A stretch of DNA of 64,000 nt from Eledone cirrhosa (taxonomy: Eukaryota), in contig OZ024741.1 of the NCBI GenBank assembly GCA_964016885.1, forward strand, positions 280,860,001-280,924,000. Direction: 5' to 3'. Under the pieces are notes generated by a model, which saw nothing but the letters and a program-made list of their open reading frames with translations, searched no databases and was not told the DNA's origin. Below are positions 24,601 through 35,400 of the stretch, piece by piece. The first letter of the stretch is position 1. Each line of letters begins with the position of its first letter. The position numbers were made by a program, and so were the translations under genes.

Positions 24601-27600
24601 CGTCCTCTTTGAAGATATTTGCGAAAACATCTGCAAAAAGAGAAGCTTGTTGGTCAGCGTGTTCAATACCTGCACCTTTGGGGTTTCTGAGAGTGACAAT
24701 TTGGTTATTCAGTTTTTGATTTCTCTGCACGTGAGCATAAAAGCGCTTTGGATTACGACTGGCATCATTTGAAAGTTCCCTTTCAAAATTTTGCCTTCCA
24801 ATTCTGGAAATATGCTCGACATGATTTTGCTGCTTTCTGTAGACTTCAAATGCCATCGCAGACATGGTCTCTTGATAGTGCCCCCAAGCAGCATTTCTTA
24901 ACTTCCGTTCGCTTTTAATTGTCTTTGTTATCCAGGGTTTGTGTTTCTTGCGTTTTGGCGTTCTCAGCGGCACTGCCATTTCTGTTAGCCCAAGTAGAAT
25001 TTCCTTTATTTCTCGCCACAAAGTTTCAACAGACTGATTTTCAGTTAGGCTGCGCCAATTTATCTCGTCGGAGGCCATTTTGATAAGATCATGATTCATA
25101 GCAGCAAATATTCTTCTTGGCTGATTCGGAATGGGAGGCGGTGGAAGCAAAGTATGCATGCTAAAGCTCAGTGCTGCATGATCGCTTTTCCCAAGTAGAG
25201 ACAGAACTTGCAGAGACGATACGGATCTAGGATAACAGGAGAAGATAAGGTCTAGTAACGAAGGTCGTTGACCACTTCGAGCCCTTGTCGGTTTTGTAAC
25301 ATGCTGGCAGATGAAACATTCTTCCGTCGTATCGAGCAATAGTTGGTCGAAGTTATTGTTGGACATGCACACATTTGAGTTCCAGTCTATAGTCGGGGCA
25401 TTAAAATCCCCGAGTATAAGACAGTCATTTGGACATCTTGTGACAGCTTTCATTGTATTAATGAGACTCTGATCTTCATCTGTTGTAGAACTAGGACTGC
25501 GATAGATGGAAAAAACGGGAATAGTTTCTCCACCCACATTAAGACTGCAAAGAACAGCATCAAAGTTCTCCGAAAGTACGGTGTTCGGTGGTAGAGGCTG
25601 ACGGGATGGTTTGAGCGATGATCTTGCATAAACGATAACTCCCCCACCTTTTCATTGAGATCTATCACATCGGAATTTGAACATTCACTAATTGCTAGAG
25701 GCATCTTGTTTTTTATTTAAAGGTAAATGTGGAACCTGTTAGCTGGTTTGAGCATTACAAAACCATTGTTTTGTGCCCAAGGCATAGCTAGCTGAAATAA
25801 AGTGTTAACTCCTGACCATAAGGTCTAATTCAGAAGTTTCAGATTCATGGAATCAACAGGGCTATTACGCTCTGGAGGAGAGGCACAGCGGGTCAAAAGT
25901 GAGGGTTGGGTGGGGGCGTGGTTTCCACCAGTAATACAACTGATAGGCTGCTATTTATTTTTTTTTCTTCATCAAAATGAATAAATATGCATAAGTGGGA
26001 TATGTGAATAAGTACATTTTCCATTTCATATTTTATTTTTTTCCACTTTTACTTTTGATAAATTCTTTTTTTTTTCTCTTTTATTGATTTTCAATTATAC
26101 CATAAATATTAAAACAGGGACAAATTACCAAGATTAAGGAAAATATTAGTCACAAAGAGTTGATCTGCCGTAAGCCCTAGAAAAGTTGCTTACAGTCTTC
26201 ATGTTTGAGACATCTGGTCTAATACAAATCCCTTTCTTTCATAATTCACAGGTAATCACAGCTGTGTGCCTAATGCAGAAGTTCAGTTTCCTCATAATTG
26301 CCATAAATTAAGAGTTGTGGCTCTAGAAGACATTGTACCAGGAGAGGTGAGTCTGCATTCCCTTTAACATCTCTTTCCATGAGTATTTTTCTAAATTTCT
26401 TTTTATGCCATCAATTAGCTGACTTTTGTTGCAAATTTGGAAATTTCTAATCATCATCGTTGTCTTTACGCCTGTTTTTCCATGCTTTCATGACTTAGTA
26501 ATAATTTGTACTGGAGAGGTTTCATCTATTTCCATTCTTTTCTATTCAAAGTTCAAATCATTTCTGCTTTAACTTTGACTGGGAGAAGGATGGGTAATAT
26601 TAATCAAACCTACTTATCCCTTGAAGATTTTCTGCCAAAATGTAAAACTTCTCTGTACTATCCATTGCTTGCTGTTTCCTAGCAACACATCTATATTTCT
26701 ATGCTATCATGTTGTTTATGCTTCTACATTTTATGTTTGGAAAAATTGTTCGTGATGAGAGGCGTTTGTGAACCGAGGTTCCACTGTATTTAAAATGATA
26801 ATAATTTCTGTGGCTGAATAACGTTTACTATGTAAAAAATGGAACATATGAATAAGATGTGGTCCTTTGATCTATCTTGGAGTGCAGTAACTCTGAATAA
26901 GTGAAAGCGCTAGGAAATGTTTCATAAATTCAATTTGTGTATAGTATATCTCCAAGGTTTTTTCAGAACCATTTTACATCTTGTCAAATCAATATAAATC
27001 TGTTTATATATATATAAAGTCTTTATTTAACGTCTTCTTATCCATCTAACCCATGCAAGCATTGAAAATAGATGTTAAACGGTGATGATGATTATGATTT
27101 CCCTGATTATATATGTATATATATATATATAGTAAAGTGTTAGTGCTCAATGGCTGAGCTGTTGCTGTTTCTACGGTTCTGGGACAGCATTCCTCACCAT
27201 ATGAGATGTCATCTGGTGTACCACAGGGATCTGTTCTTGGCCCCCTTTTGTTTGTGGCATATATTAATGACATAGATGCCAACTTAAAGAATGCCACAGT
27301 ACTAAAGTACACAGATGACATCAAGCTGTACCTTGAGATAAAAAGGACAGATCCTGAACACTATAGATCTTGCTTGCAGTCTGACCTGGACACAATGCAA
27401 CAATGGATCTCAGACTGGCAACTCAAGCTGGCTGTGGACAAGTGCACCACCATGCATTTTGGGAGTAAAAACCCAGCATCCACATACTCCCTCCACAGCA
27501 CTAATATCAAGAAGTCTTCCTGTGAACGTGACCTTGGCATTACGGTCAGCAGCGATTTGCGTTGGACGAAGCACGTCTCTAAAATTGTCAAGAGAGCCGA

Positions 27601-29552
27601 GGGTGTCTTAACAGAGACCTTTGTCAGCTCCTCTCCAGCTATCTATTCAAGGCTATGGTGTGGCCACACTTAGAATTTGTATCACCAGTCTGGAACCCCT
27701 ATCTTGTTCAGAACATTGACCGCCTGGAAACTGTTCAAAGACGTGCAACCAAGCGAATACCCTCCATCAGGCATCTACCATACTCTGAGCGCCTTGCTTC
27801 CCTGGGCATGGATACATTGAAGCTCCGACGCCTGGCAACTGACTTGGTAAACACCCACAAAATTAACCATCTTGCCAACAACAACCCTGAGTACCTTTTT
27901 GATTTCCATGCGTCTATCACACGTGGGCATACCCACAAAGTCAGAAAACAGTACAGTTCCCATGACTTTCGGAAACATTCTTTCACGCTCAGAGTTGCTG
28001 AAGTATGGAACAAACTACCTGCATCAGTTGTTAGCTGTCGAGACACTGCATCCTTTAAGGCCTCCCGACATTCGCCAACACTACACCTAATGTTCCCCCT
28101 CCATACACGCATGTATATCATGACTCATACACTATTCACTTCCCTGACATTTGTGTATTATTCTATGTACTACACATGCACCTTTGACGAGTTGTAGTGC
28201 ACCTGAGCACTTTACACAAGTATTATATGGTCAAAATGGCAAGAGCTCAGCCGTCGGGCACTAACTCATTACAATACCTACACTCTACTTTCCAATGGTC
28301 TTACTAGTCTAAACTGGTAACTATACCAGCATGGAAAATGATGATATTTCATGTTTTCTTCGTAGAAGCAATTCATTGTTTGTTGTGTTTATGAATTAGC
28401 AGCAAAATATTGACACAAATAATTATATATTTCTCCAGGAGATCTGTATCAGTTATTTGGATGGCTGTATGTTAGAAAGAAGTCGTCATAGCAGACAAAA
28501 ACACTTAAGGTATCTTTCATTTTATGATTCTAATTCTTCTTTACGTAAATGTTTTCTGTTAAATTCATTTTGTTTAAACCAATTAAAAGTATTTAAAAAA
28601 TACTAAAAAAGGCCAGCAATTACTGGTGCTTTATTTTATTGACCCCATAAGGATGAAAGGCAAAGTTAACCTCGGCGGAATTTGAACTCAGAATGTAAAG
28701 GGCCATAATGCTATGTTGCAAAGCATGGTGTCTGACGCTCTACCGATACTGCCTTAATTAGATTAATGAGGCAAAACTTGTGTTGTAAATAATGTATTAA
28801 TTAAAGTACCAGCTTATTGGTACTTTAATTAATTTGTACACTGTTACTTTGTCTTACTTTATCTAAGTGGGGAATGTATGATAGGCAGGTTTCTTATAGC
28901 TGGATGTCCTCCCTAACAAAAAGGTTGGGAAGACTAGTTGACTGTGTCAAAGACATGATACCCTCTCTAGTGCCGCAATAAAATGTACTCGGTAGAGCAC
29001 AGGAATATGTGTAAGCAAGATGTTTGTCCATCTGAGCACTCAGTAGAGTGTGGTAAAGCAAAATAAAGCATTTAATCTTCTGCCAAATATCTGCCTTTAT
29101 CGGATTTGCTTAGAACTTGGCATTTCTTACCATTGATGAAATCCAACATTTGAAATGAGTTCATTATAAATAATAGTTGAAAATTGGGCAAAGTACCACT
29201 GGAGATGGAAATAAATGAATAGAGGCGTTTGGGAAAGATGTGGGGGTTCGTTTCCTCGCTCCACTGTTTTCCATCTTCAGGGATACTTTACATAATATTC
29301 TCAACTATTATCTATAGTGATTGGCTATTATGATGGTCATTTGTGTTGGGATGCACACTTCTCAGATGTCAACATTTTTTCTTTTTTGGTTTAACAGTTG
29401 AAATAAATTTAATTTCTATTTTCAGAGATAATTACCTGTTTAATTGTAAATGTGTAAAATGCCAGTCTCAGTGTGATGAACAAGATGTTACATCTAGTGA
29501 AGAAGACGATGATGAGGTGGAAGAGGAAGATATGGAAGCTGAAGTCACGTAA
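5283..29552 (+). CDS. SMYD5: SET and MYND domain-containing protein 5 (lysine methyltransferase), whole gene span, 12 coding exons, 396 aa
   Basis: Exons 5283-5336, 8961-9209, 14269-14390, 14496-14565, 16184-16288, 16549-16611, 20201-20271, 21646-21752, 22824-22880, 26252-26346, 28439-28509 and 29426-29552 join with compatible phases into a 1191-nt ORF. Motifs seen: KGKGLFA, MYND cysteines, [35 protein letters not shown], YLFxCxCxKC and an acidic C-terminal tail, all collinear with vertebrate SMYD5. Confidence 0.96.
6400..6900 (-). mobile_element. possible Penelope-like element remnant around a (TA)n tract
   Basis: gtactcaatac motif shared with 59540-59560; minus-strand [11 protein letters not shown] weakly resembles the region before a GIY-YIG domain. 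Confidence 0.3.
6551..6604. repeat. (TA)n microsatellite
   Basis: Direct read; further (TA)n tracts at 56746-56804, 57305-57336 and 58503-58559. Confidence 0.98.
7473..7551. repeat. two adjacent palindromes (21-bp and 13-bp arms)
   Basis: 7473-7493 / 7495-7515 perfect inverted repeat; 7519-7531 / 7539-7551 perfect inverted repeat. Confidence 0.95.
8177..8394. mobile_element. piggyBac-type MITE
   Basis: ccctttaacattta ... taaatgttaaagag termini, flanked by CTAA and TTAA. Confidence 0.7.
8662..8901. mobile_element. piggyBac-type MITE (240 bp)
   Basis: TTAA|CCCTTTT ... GAAAGGG|TTAA; family members at 34553-34764, 43678-43888, 43893-44110, ~45960-46225, ~50306-50539 and right ends at 13725 and 40335. 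Confidence 0.8.
8961..9209 (+). CDS. SMYD5: SMYD5 exon 2 (GKGLFACQ...CPHCQ)
   Basis: ttttcag acceptor, gtaaag donor, 83 codons; overlaps ORF 9027..9248. Confidence 0.96.
9270..9520 (+). mobile_element. RTE-related 5' region fragment carrying a structured motif
   Basis: 9361-9422 aligns to the reverse complement of 63686-63747, the 5' end of an RTE-derived element. Confidence 0.55.
10755..11884 (-). mobile_element. non-autonomous Helitron (1130 bp)
   Basis: On -: A|TCTATATATATAAAA 5' end; 3' hairpin CCCGTGCAACGCCGGG (10767-10782) then CTAG|T; no TSD. Confidence 0.9.
12738..13400 (+). mobile_element. young RTE LINE 3' fragment with (GAT)n tail
   Basis: [12 protein letters not shown]...GRPRKTWD; nearly identical to 54735-55284 and 55701-56513. 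Confidence 0.9.
14269..14390 (+). CDS. SMYD5: SMYD5 exon 3 (VVYCSKEC...LQVAWR)
   Basis: cacag acceptor; MYND YCSxEC and H..LC residues; GT donor at 14391, phase 2. Confidence 0.95.
14496..14565 (+). CDS. SMYD5: SMYD5 exon 4 ([23 protein letters not shown]), followed by a GC donor
   Basis: tttag acceptor; matches IHYPPETASIMLMARMVATVKQ; ends CAG|GCAAGT. Confidence 0.92.
14741..15110 (-). mobile_element. internally deleted mariner element
   Basis: TIR-like CGAGGTGTGTCAAAAA..AAACAGGACT; minus-strand [16 protein letters not shown] resembles the mariner C-terminal WEKCV..GDYFEG. Confidence 0.7.
15225..15810 (+). mobile_element. three tandem tRNA-derived Nin-domain SINEs
   Basis: B-box-like gagtt(c/t)aaatcc plus core aactttgcctttcatcctt..ggggtcgataaaataaagtaccag. 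Other copies near 3240, 22000, 33500, 48495, 51180, 55420 (+) and 16060, 22605, 28610, 32760, 38600, 41990, 47365, 47510, 48350, 59270 (-). Confidence 0.85.
16184..16288 (+). CDS. SMYD5: SMYD5 exon 5 ([14 protein letters not shown]...HKLLGPQFK)
   Basis: atacag acceptor, gtaaat donor, 35 codons; NEEE.I.HKLLG motif. Confidence 0.95.
16380..16540 (+). repeat. 54/53/54-bp tandem triplication abutting the SMYD5 exon 6 acceptor
   Basis: Units ttatctttcat...ccactgttgattacctaagtacctgtcatatttgttctc start at 16380, 16434 and 16487. Confidence 0.95.
16549..16611 (+). CDS. SMYD5: SMYD5 exon 6 ([21 protein letters not shown])
   Basis: tgcag acceptor, gtatgt donor, 21 codons. Confidence 0.93.
16900..17665 (-). 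mobile_element. decayed RTE LINE RT fragment
   Basis: YADD...[20 protein letters not shown]...GKWPCSMC (ORF 17477..17674); similar fragment at 52230-53200. Confidence 0.8.
19194..19785 (+). repeat. 48-bp minisatellite, about 12 copies
   Basis: Unit gtgtattttatcatggcaccagcactaccactttacaatgtgtactgg; ccagcactac recurs at 19211 and 19259; explains the repetitive ORFs in all three frames. Confidence 0.95.
20201..20271 (+). CDS. SMYD5: SMYD5 exon 7 ([24 protein letters not shown])
   Basis: ttccag acceptor, gtaagt donor; highly conserved SMYD5 peptide. Confidence 0.96.
21021..21110 (-). pseudogene. degenerate C2H2 zinc-finger fragment
   Basis: [15 protein letters not shown] followed, after a frameshift, by [15 protein letters not shown] (Kruppel-type linker). 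Confidence 0.65.
21168..21630 (-). mobile_element. non-autonomous Helitron (463 bp)
   Basis: On -: A|TCTAAACTATAATAAAG 5' end; long 3' palindrome ctagcagaaaa(a)ccacccg-t-cgggtggttttctgctag ending CTAG|T. Confidence 0.8.
21646..21752 (+). CDS. SMYD5: SMYD5 exon 8 ([12 protein letters not shown]...[11 protein letters not shown])
   Basis: ttctag acceptor, gtatgt donor; FIDQLY motif. Confidence 0.95.
22824..22880 (+). CDS. SMYD5: SMYD5 exon 9 ([19 protein letters not shown])
   Basis: aatag acceptor, gtaagt donor, phase 1/1. Confidence 0.95.
23034..25930 (-). mobile_element. CR1-clade LINE with near-complete but frameshifted ORF2 (APE endonuclease + RT)
   Basis: ORFs 24308..25537 (YRSP, LGDFN, LDLIF, SDH), 23894..24283 ([21 protein letters not shown]), 23472..23918 (FADD) and 23115..23459; (ATTGA)n tail at 23034-23049; inside SMYD5 intron 9. 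Confidence 0.95.
26252..26346 (+). CDS. SMYD5: SMYD5 exon 10 ([11 protein letters not shown]...ALEDIVPGE)
   Basis: cacag acceptor, gtgagt donor; SET-domain NHSC motif. Confidence 0.96.
27170..28220 (+). mobile_element. 5'-truncated CR1-clade LINE (RT 3' half and 3' UTR)
   Basis: [32 protein letters not shown] (ORFs 27206..27673, 27655..28197). Confidence 0.92.
28439..28509 (+). CDS. SMYD5: SMYD5 exon 11 ([24 protein letters not shown])
   Basis: ctccag acceptor, gtatct donor; ERSRHSR motif. Confidence 0.96.
29426..29552 (+). CDS. SMYD5: SMYD5 exon 12 ([12 protein letters not shown], acidic tail, stop)
   Basis: tttcag acceptor; post-SET CxCxxC; TAA at 29550-29552; overlaps ORF 29343..29552. 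Confidence 0.96.
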
Positions 29553-29763
29553 ATCTCATAGGGAACTTTTCTTTCACACAAGTTCTCTCCATGTTTAGCC
29601 TTTACCTTTTACAGGACCCTCTTTCTCATGCTCCTCTCACATCTCATTATAGGGAACTTTTCTTTCACCTGAGCTCTCTTCACGCTTAGTCCTAACATTT
29701 CTCTGGCCCTTCTCCCTTCAAATATCATTGAAGAGAACTTTTCTTTTGGATAAGCTCTGTTCA
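29553..29763 (+). repeat. degenerate ~85-bp tandem triplication at the start of the SMYD5 3' UTR
   Basis: atctcat..agggaacttttctttcac..agctctct motif three times. Confidence 0.75.
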
Positions 29764-29900
29764 GTCATGAGATTGTCTGACCCCCCCACTTCCATTGATT
29801 CTCTTGTACACAAAACACTAAATAACAAACCTACTTTATATTCCTATATATATTCTTTTTCATTGGAAAATTGATGGACTCACAAATAATGGACTTGTGA

Positions 29901-29906
29901 AATAAA
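29901..29906 (+). terminator. candidate polyadenylation signal for SMYD5
   Basis: AATAAA about 350 nt after the stop codon, followed by T-rich sequence; usage not demonstrated. Confidence 0.4.
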
Positions 29907-31837
29907 TTAGTTTCTGTTAACTGTGAGAATAGTTTTGCCTTTCACGATCAGTTCTCAGGGTTTTGATCAGCCTTACTTTAAGAATAAGTTCTGCTAGTTC
30001 AGTCTTGTTGAACCAGTTTCTTATTGATCTTTCTCAACTGACTTTGAGGAAAAATATTTTACCAAACCAGTTATTATTTAATCCTGTCTTTTCTCCAGAG
30101 TTGTCTCTAGAATAATGATAATCATCACCATCGTTTGACATCCCATTTCCCTGCTAGCAAGGGTTAGATATGTCAGGCTGGTCAGTGCTTAAATGAGCCT
30201 TCAACTTTTAGATGAGCTAATATGGCACCAACACTAAGGAAGTTGTCATGTCTTTGGCATAGCTGAAGGATTTCCCCGATCATACCTATAGCACAACTGA
30301 AGAGTCCTAACCCTTTGTTTGGCAGGTTTTCTACGACTGGGTGTCCTTCCTATATCCAACCACTTTATAGTGTACTAGGGGATTATTTATCTGAAAAGTC
30401 TTTTATAAAAATATTTTACCAAGTTAGTTACTCAGTTTAAAAATATTTTATCTCTCCTCTTTTCCTGGAAAATGTTTTTATTGTGCAGATCAAAAGCATT
30501 CCAACTGAAATCATCCTGTTTTTTTTTTAGTCAATTAAATCTCAGATTGCATTAGCTAATATATCCTTCCATTTTTTTTAGATTCAGGCTGCTACCTCTA
30601 GCATGTTCAGTAACCATGTAGAGGCTTCCCTCGAGATAAATTGGGCTAAATACATAGTTTTGAAACCTATTGGCTTCAACTTTACTCTCTATCCAATTGG
30701 GGTAAACAACATACCAGCAATACACTGGTGTCAGTTCAATTGCACATTCCTTCTGTGAATAATAATCAGCTATGTGCTTTGGTTTTGATCTTCAGATGAG
30801 ACCAAATCTCTCAATTAACCCCTTTGTTAGTGTATTTCTAATTAAATACACTATTTCATTTAATTAATGAAGAATTTGAAGTGATTTACTCAAATTATTT
30901 CATTAAGATGATATTTGCAAATTTTGTTGAAAGGTTTTCATTCCAAGGTATATTCTTGTTTTGTAAACCTCAAAAAGGCATATGACCGCATTCCTAGGGA
31001 CCTGTTCTGCAGGAGGATGGGATAGATGGTCAGCTTCTTGGTGCCCTGATATTTATACGAATGCCTGAGTATTTGGATAAATGGTACCAAATCAAAACCA
31101 TTCTATGTGGGAGTCGGACTCCATGAAGGGAGCTTACTGTCACCTCTCCTGTTCATTATTTTCATGTGCAGCATGGCTAGAATAAAAATCAGTGTTGCGA
31201 AAACAGACATTTGTCCTCTCAAGGAAGCCTGCGCATTGCATTATCCCCACGACCCTCTCAGGAATAAGTGAGCGAAGAAGATGGTTTTCATAGGAACCTT
31301 TTAAAATAGGCAGGTTGGTATGAAAAGGGTGAAATAAAGTCTTTTGGAAATGCATGAATATTATATTATAAAAAAAAAAAAATCCAATATTAATTTAAGG
31401 GTTACATTTCTGATACGTGTCATAGAGTAGAAGATAAGTTTCAGGTAGCTTAAGTCTGAAATAATTTCATTTGTGTCTTATGCACTTCAAAAAGAAAATG
31501 TGGACATAATATATTTTTCCACTGTTTGCAAAACTAAAGCCTTAACAATATCATCATTAAGGCATAACAGTATCATCATCGTCGTTTTTACATTCGTTTG
31601 CATGTCATGAAATACATTGCAGTATTTTACTATGGTCCTCTATGTTTCAAATCCTACCAAGGTCAACTTTGTCTTTCATCAAAATTAATTGAAATGTTTA
31701 TTTTATGAACATCCCTACAAGTACATATTCTACATATGTTTATTTCAAAACATGAAAAATTGAATCAACAGTATCCATTATTATATAGCTAAGGAATTTA
31801 TAAATAAATAAATAAAAGATGTTGACTATCAAATTCA

Positions 31838-31843
31838 TTTATT
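31838..31843 (-). terminator. candidate polyadenylation signal for FH
   Basis: TTTATT on + (AATAAA on -) about 170 nt after the FH stop; further copies near 31740 and 31700. Confidence 0.4.
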
Positions 31844-32013
31844 TTTTAATTATATTTTCCCAACCTATTTACAATACTTTTTGTTTTTTTTTCTCATTCT
31901 GTTTTGGTGATTATAATCATTTATCAAAACAGACTGGATATGAATGTTAAGAACAACATGCTATCCTTGGTAGTTATTGTCTAGTCCATTAATTAATTAT
32001 GTAAATTATTACA

Positions 32014-32438
32014 TCATTTAGGCCCAAGCATAGTTTCAGGTCGCACAATTTCATCAAATTGTTCTTCTTTCAAAAAATTTAGTTTTAATGCTGCCTCTTT
32101 TAATGTAGTTCCTTCTTGGTGAGCTAGTTTGGCTATTTTCGCCGCTCTGTCATAGCCGATGTGGGGATTTAGGGCAGTAACCAGCATAAGGGATTCATTA
32201 AGATTGGATTGCAGGCGTTTCCTGTTTGGTTGGATATCTTTAACACAGTGGTCAGTGAAGGAAATGCATGCATCTCCAATGAGTCTAATTGATTGTAGGA
32301 CATTACGTACAATGAGAGGCTTGAAAACATTCAGCTCAAAATGGCCATTTGCACCACCAACAGTAACTGCAACTTGGTTACCCATAACCTGGGCTGCCAC
32401 CATTGTGATGGCTTCACACTGAGTAGGGTTAATTTTAC
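32014..32438 (-). CDS. FH: FH last coding exon (GKINPTQCE...PETMLGPK, stop)
   Basis: tttgcag acceptor; TGA at 32014-32016; lies within ORF 32014..32472. Confidence 0.97.
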
Positions 32439-35400
32439 CTGCAAATAAAGAATACAGCAACAATTTTAGCAAGTATTCTAGAGTGAATTTGCAAATTTCA
32501 TTTGTATTATCTTGTAAGTAGATTTAGTCACTAACTGCCAACTATCTTCTATTAAATTCACCACCGCACCTCTGTAATTTATGTGAATACATAATTATAA
32601 TCCAATGTTTATGGGAGGGTTTAGCAGTATAGTGGCAAACTCTGATTACAAAAACAACCAATTTCATGACTAGGTCACCAATAAAATACTATATTGCGAG
32701 ACAGAAACAGAAGATAATGATTTCGATTGAAGCATAAGATGAACAAATTGTGGGGAGAGGGAAAATCGATTATATCAACCTCCAGTACTTTACTGGTATT
32801 CTATTTTATCAACCTCACAAGGATGAATATGTTGACTGTAGTGGAATTTGAACTCAGAATGTAATGAGCCAGAACAAATACTGCTAAACATTTATCTGAC
32901 AATCTAACAACTCTGCCAACCCACTGCCCCTAGATAATTAGTTGTGGGTAAATTAACATGGAGAGAGATGGGTTCCATCTGGTTTAAATGCTCAAAACAC
33001 TCAGTGCTCCTACAACTCAGTTTTGGGACCTATGAAGGGAAATTTACAATAATATCAATTCATAATTCAAAAAACCTATTTAAAATTACATACCATCTTC
33101 ACTGTAAATTTGAAATCTACTACTAGCAGCAGACAATTGTGCCTTGCAATCTTTACTCATGTCACTTTATTCTGAATTAAAATCCTACCAGTTTTGATTT
33201 TGTCTCATCCTTACAAAAATCTATAAAAATATGTACCACTCAGGTACCAAGGTTGATTAAACTGACCTTCTCCCATCAAATATGGAGTACTAAAGTTAAA
33301 AATATTACAGGTCTTTTAAGGCTTAACAGAATCGTCATTCCATGCTTGCATGGCAGATGAAATACATTTCTGTGTTTTAAATCCCACCAAGTTCAACTTT
33401 GTTTTTCATCTTTACAGGGTTGATAGAATAAAGTACCAATTAAGTACAGTTGTATCCCCCCCCCCCCCCCAAAAAAAAACCAAAACATTCTTTCTATAAA
33501 CACGGTGGATTGACAGAATGTTTACCAAATGCTTTGTGGCATTTAGATATGGCCTTTTATGTTTTGAGTTTAAATCCTGCTGAAGTCAACTTTGCCTTTC
33601 ATTCTTAGTCGATAAAATAAAGTAGTGGGGTTAGTTTAATTGTCTTTCCCTGGCAAAATTGCTGGCTTTGAGCATATATTAGAAACAATTTATTACTATA
33701 ACAAGAACAATTACCTTATGTAACATCTTATTTATCCAGTTCTATCCTATTTTATATTTCAAAATTTATTTATCAACCATTTCAAGTGAATTACACTGCC
33801 AGAGTGTTTCAATTTATTTTGAAAATAAAAAAAATTTGAGGAAGTTAATTATTTTATTAATTTTTTCACTAGTAAGTTGATGTTTGGAACATTACTTAAA
33901 TAAAATTATGCTGGAAGTTTTTAATATTAAGTACAAAGATTTTTAAATTGGCTGTTTTGTATCATAAAACTTGGGTGGTTTTGAACAGGTTGGTATCGAA
34001 AGAGTTTAATGTTTGCAGAGTTAAACAAAAAAAATCAGTCAGATGAAGCCCCCTTTTCTCTCTTCAAGTTATCCACTCATGAGGATTCTGTTGTAGAGCA
34101 TGCAGAATAGACAGTAGCAATGGGAACACAGTGCCATGTACTGTTAATCAATATTTTCTAGTGTGTGATATTTATAAACAAGCTCTGTTAGTTACTTTCT
34201 TTATACATATTCAGTGGAACGTTGGTTCCTAAGGCTGTTTGTAAACTGAAACTATTTTCCCCATACAAAATGTTGAGAAAGAAATACAGTGAGAAAGAGA
34301 CTGTGTAAAAGAAAGATATCACCATAGTAACTAACTACACAAGTGAAACTTTCCCGCCAATACTCCAAGCATTGCTGCTGGCTTGTGTTGAGACGTTTTG
34401 TGTTAGTGATGAGAGGCATTCATGAACCGAGGTTCCACTGTATTAGTGTAATGTGCCAGAAAATTGGCAAATTTTCAAGTTACCAGTTGTGTACAAAAAT
34501 CATTGTCAATGCTAGCGTAGAACAAATGATAGTCCTATGAAAGCCTTGTTAACCCTTTCGTTAACATATTTCTAATGGAAGACATTGCTTATATTCAAAT
34601 AATTTTGAAAATAATCCAGAATTTAGTAATATAACTTTCTCATTAAGTTGGTGTTTGGAACATAACAACAGTTCTTACATAACATTATGAGAGAAGGTTT
34701 TCAAATAAATATAAACAGTTTTGTATCATAGAAACAGATTTCAGGTGGTTTTGTATCAAAAGGGTTATGGCTACATTGAAGTAACTATAGTGAGACATGA
34801 ACTCACCCATTCATTTAACATCCATCTCCTGTTAACAAGGGTTGGATGGGACTTCACAAGCAGAGCTACTAACCTCTCAGATGGGCTGGAGGCTACATTT
34901 CACTTACATACATTCCTGTGCTCTACAGAGTCCATTTTTATCATGGTACCAGTTCTGACACAACTGAAGAGTCCTGACTATTTGATTGACAGGTTTTCTA
35001 TGGCTGGATGCCCTTATCACCAATCCCACATACCTCTCATAATAAGAAAAAAAGAAGATAAAACATTAAAGAAAATTAATACGTCAACTCACCTGGCATG
35101 ATACTACTGCCTGGTTCATTTTCAGGAAGGATTAACTCACCAAAACCACACCGAGGCCCAGAAGCAAGGAAGCGAAGGTCATTACCAATTTTCATTAAAC
35201 TGCATGCTACAACATTTAATGCTCCATGCACTTCCACAAGTGCATCGTGAGCTGCAAGTGCTTCAAATTTATTAGGAGCTGATAGGAAAGGAAGCCCTAA
35301 AATAAAAATATACTCACATTTAATTAACAGTACAGTGCATAATAATAATAATAATAATAATGAAATTATTGTGTACAGTGCTCAGGTGCACTACAACTCA

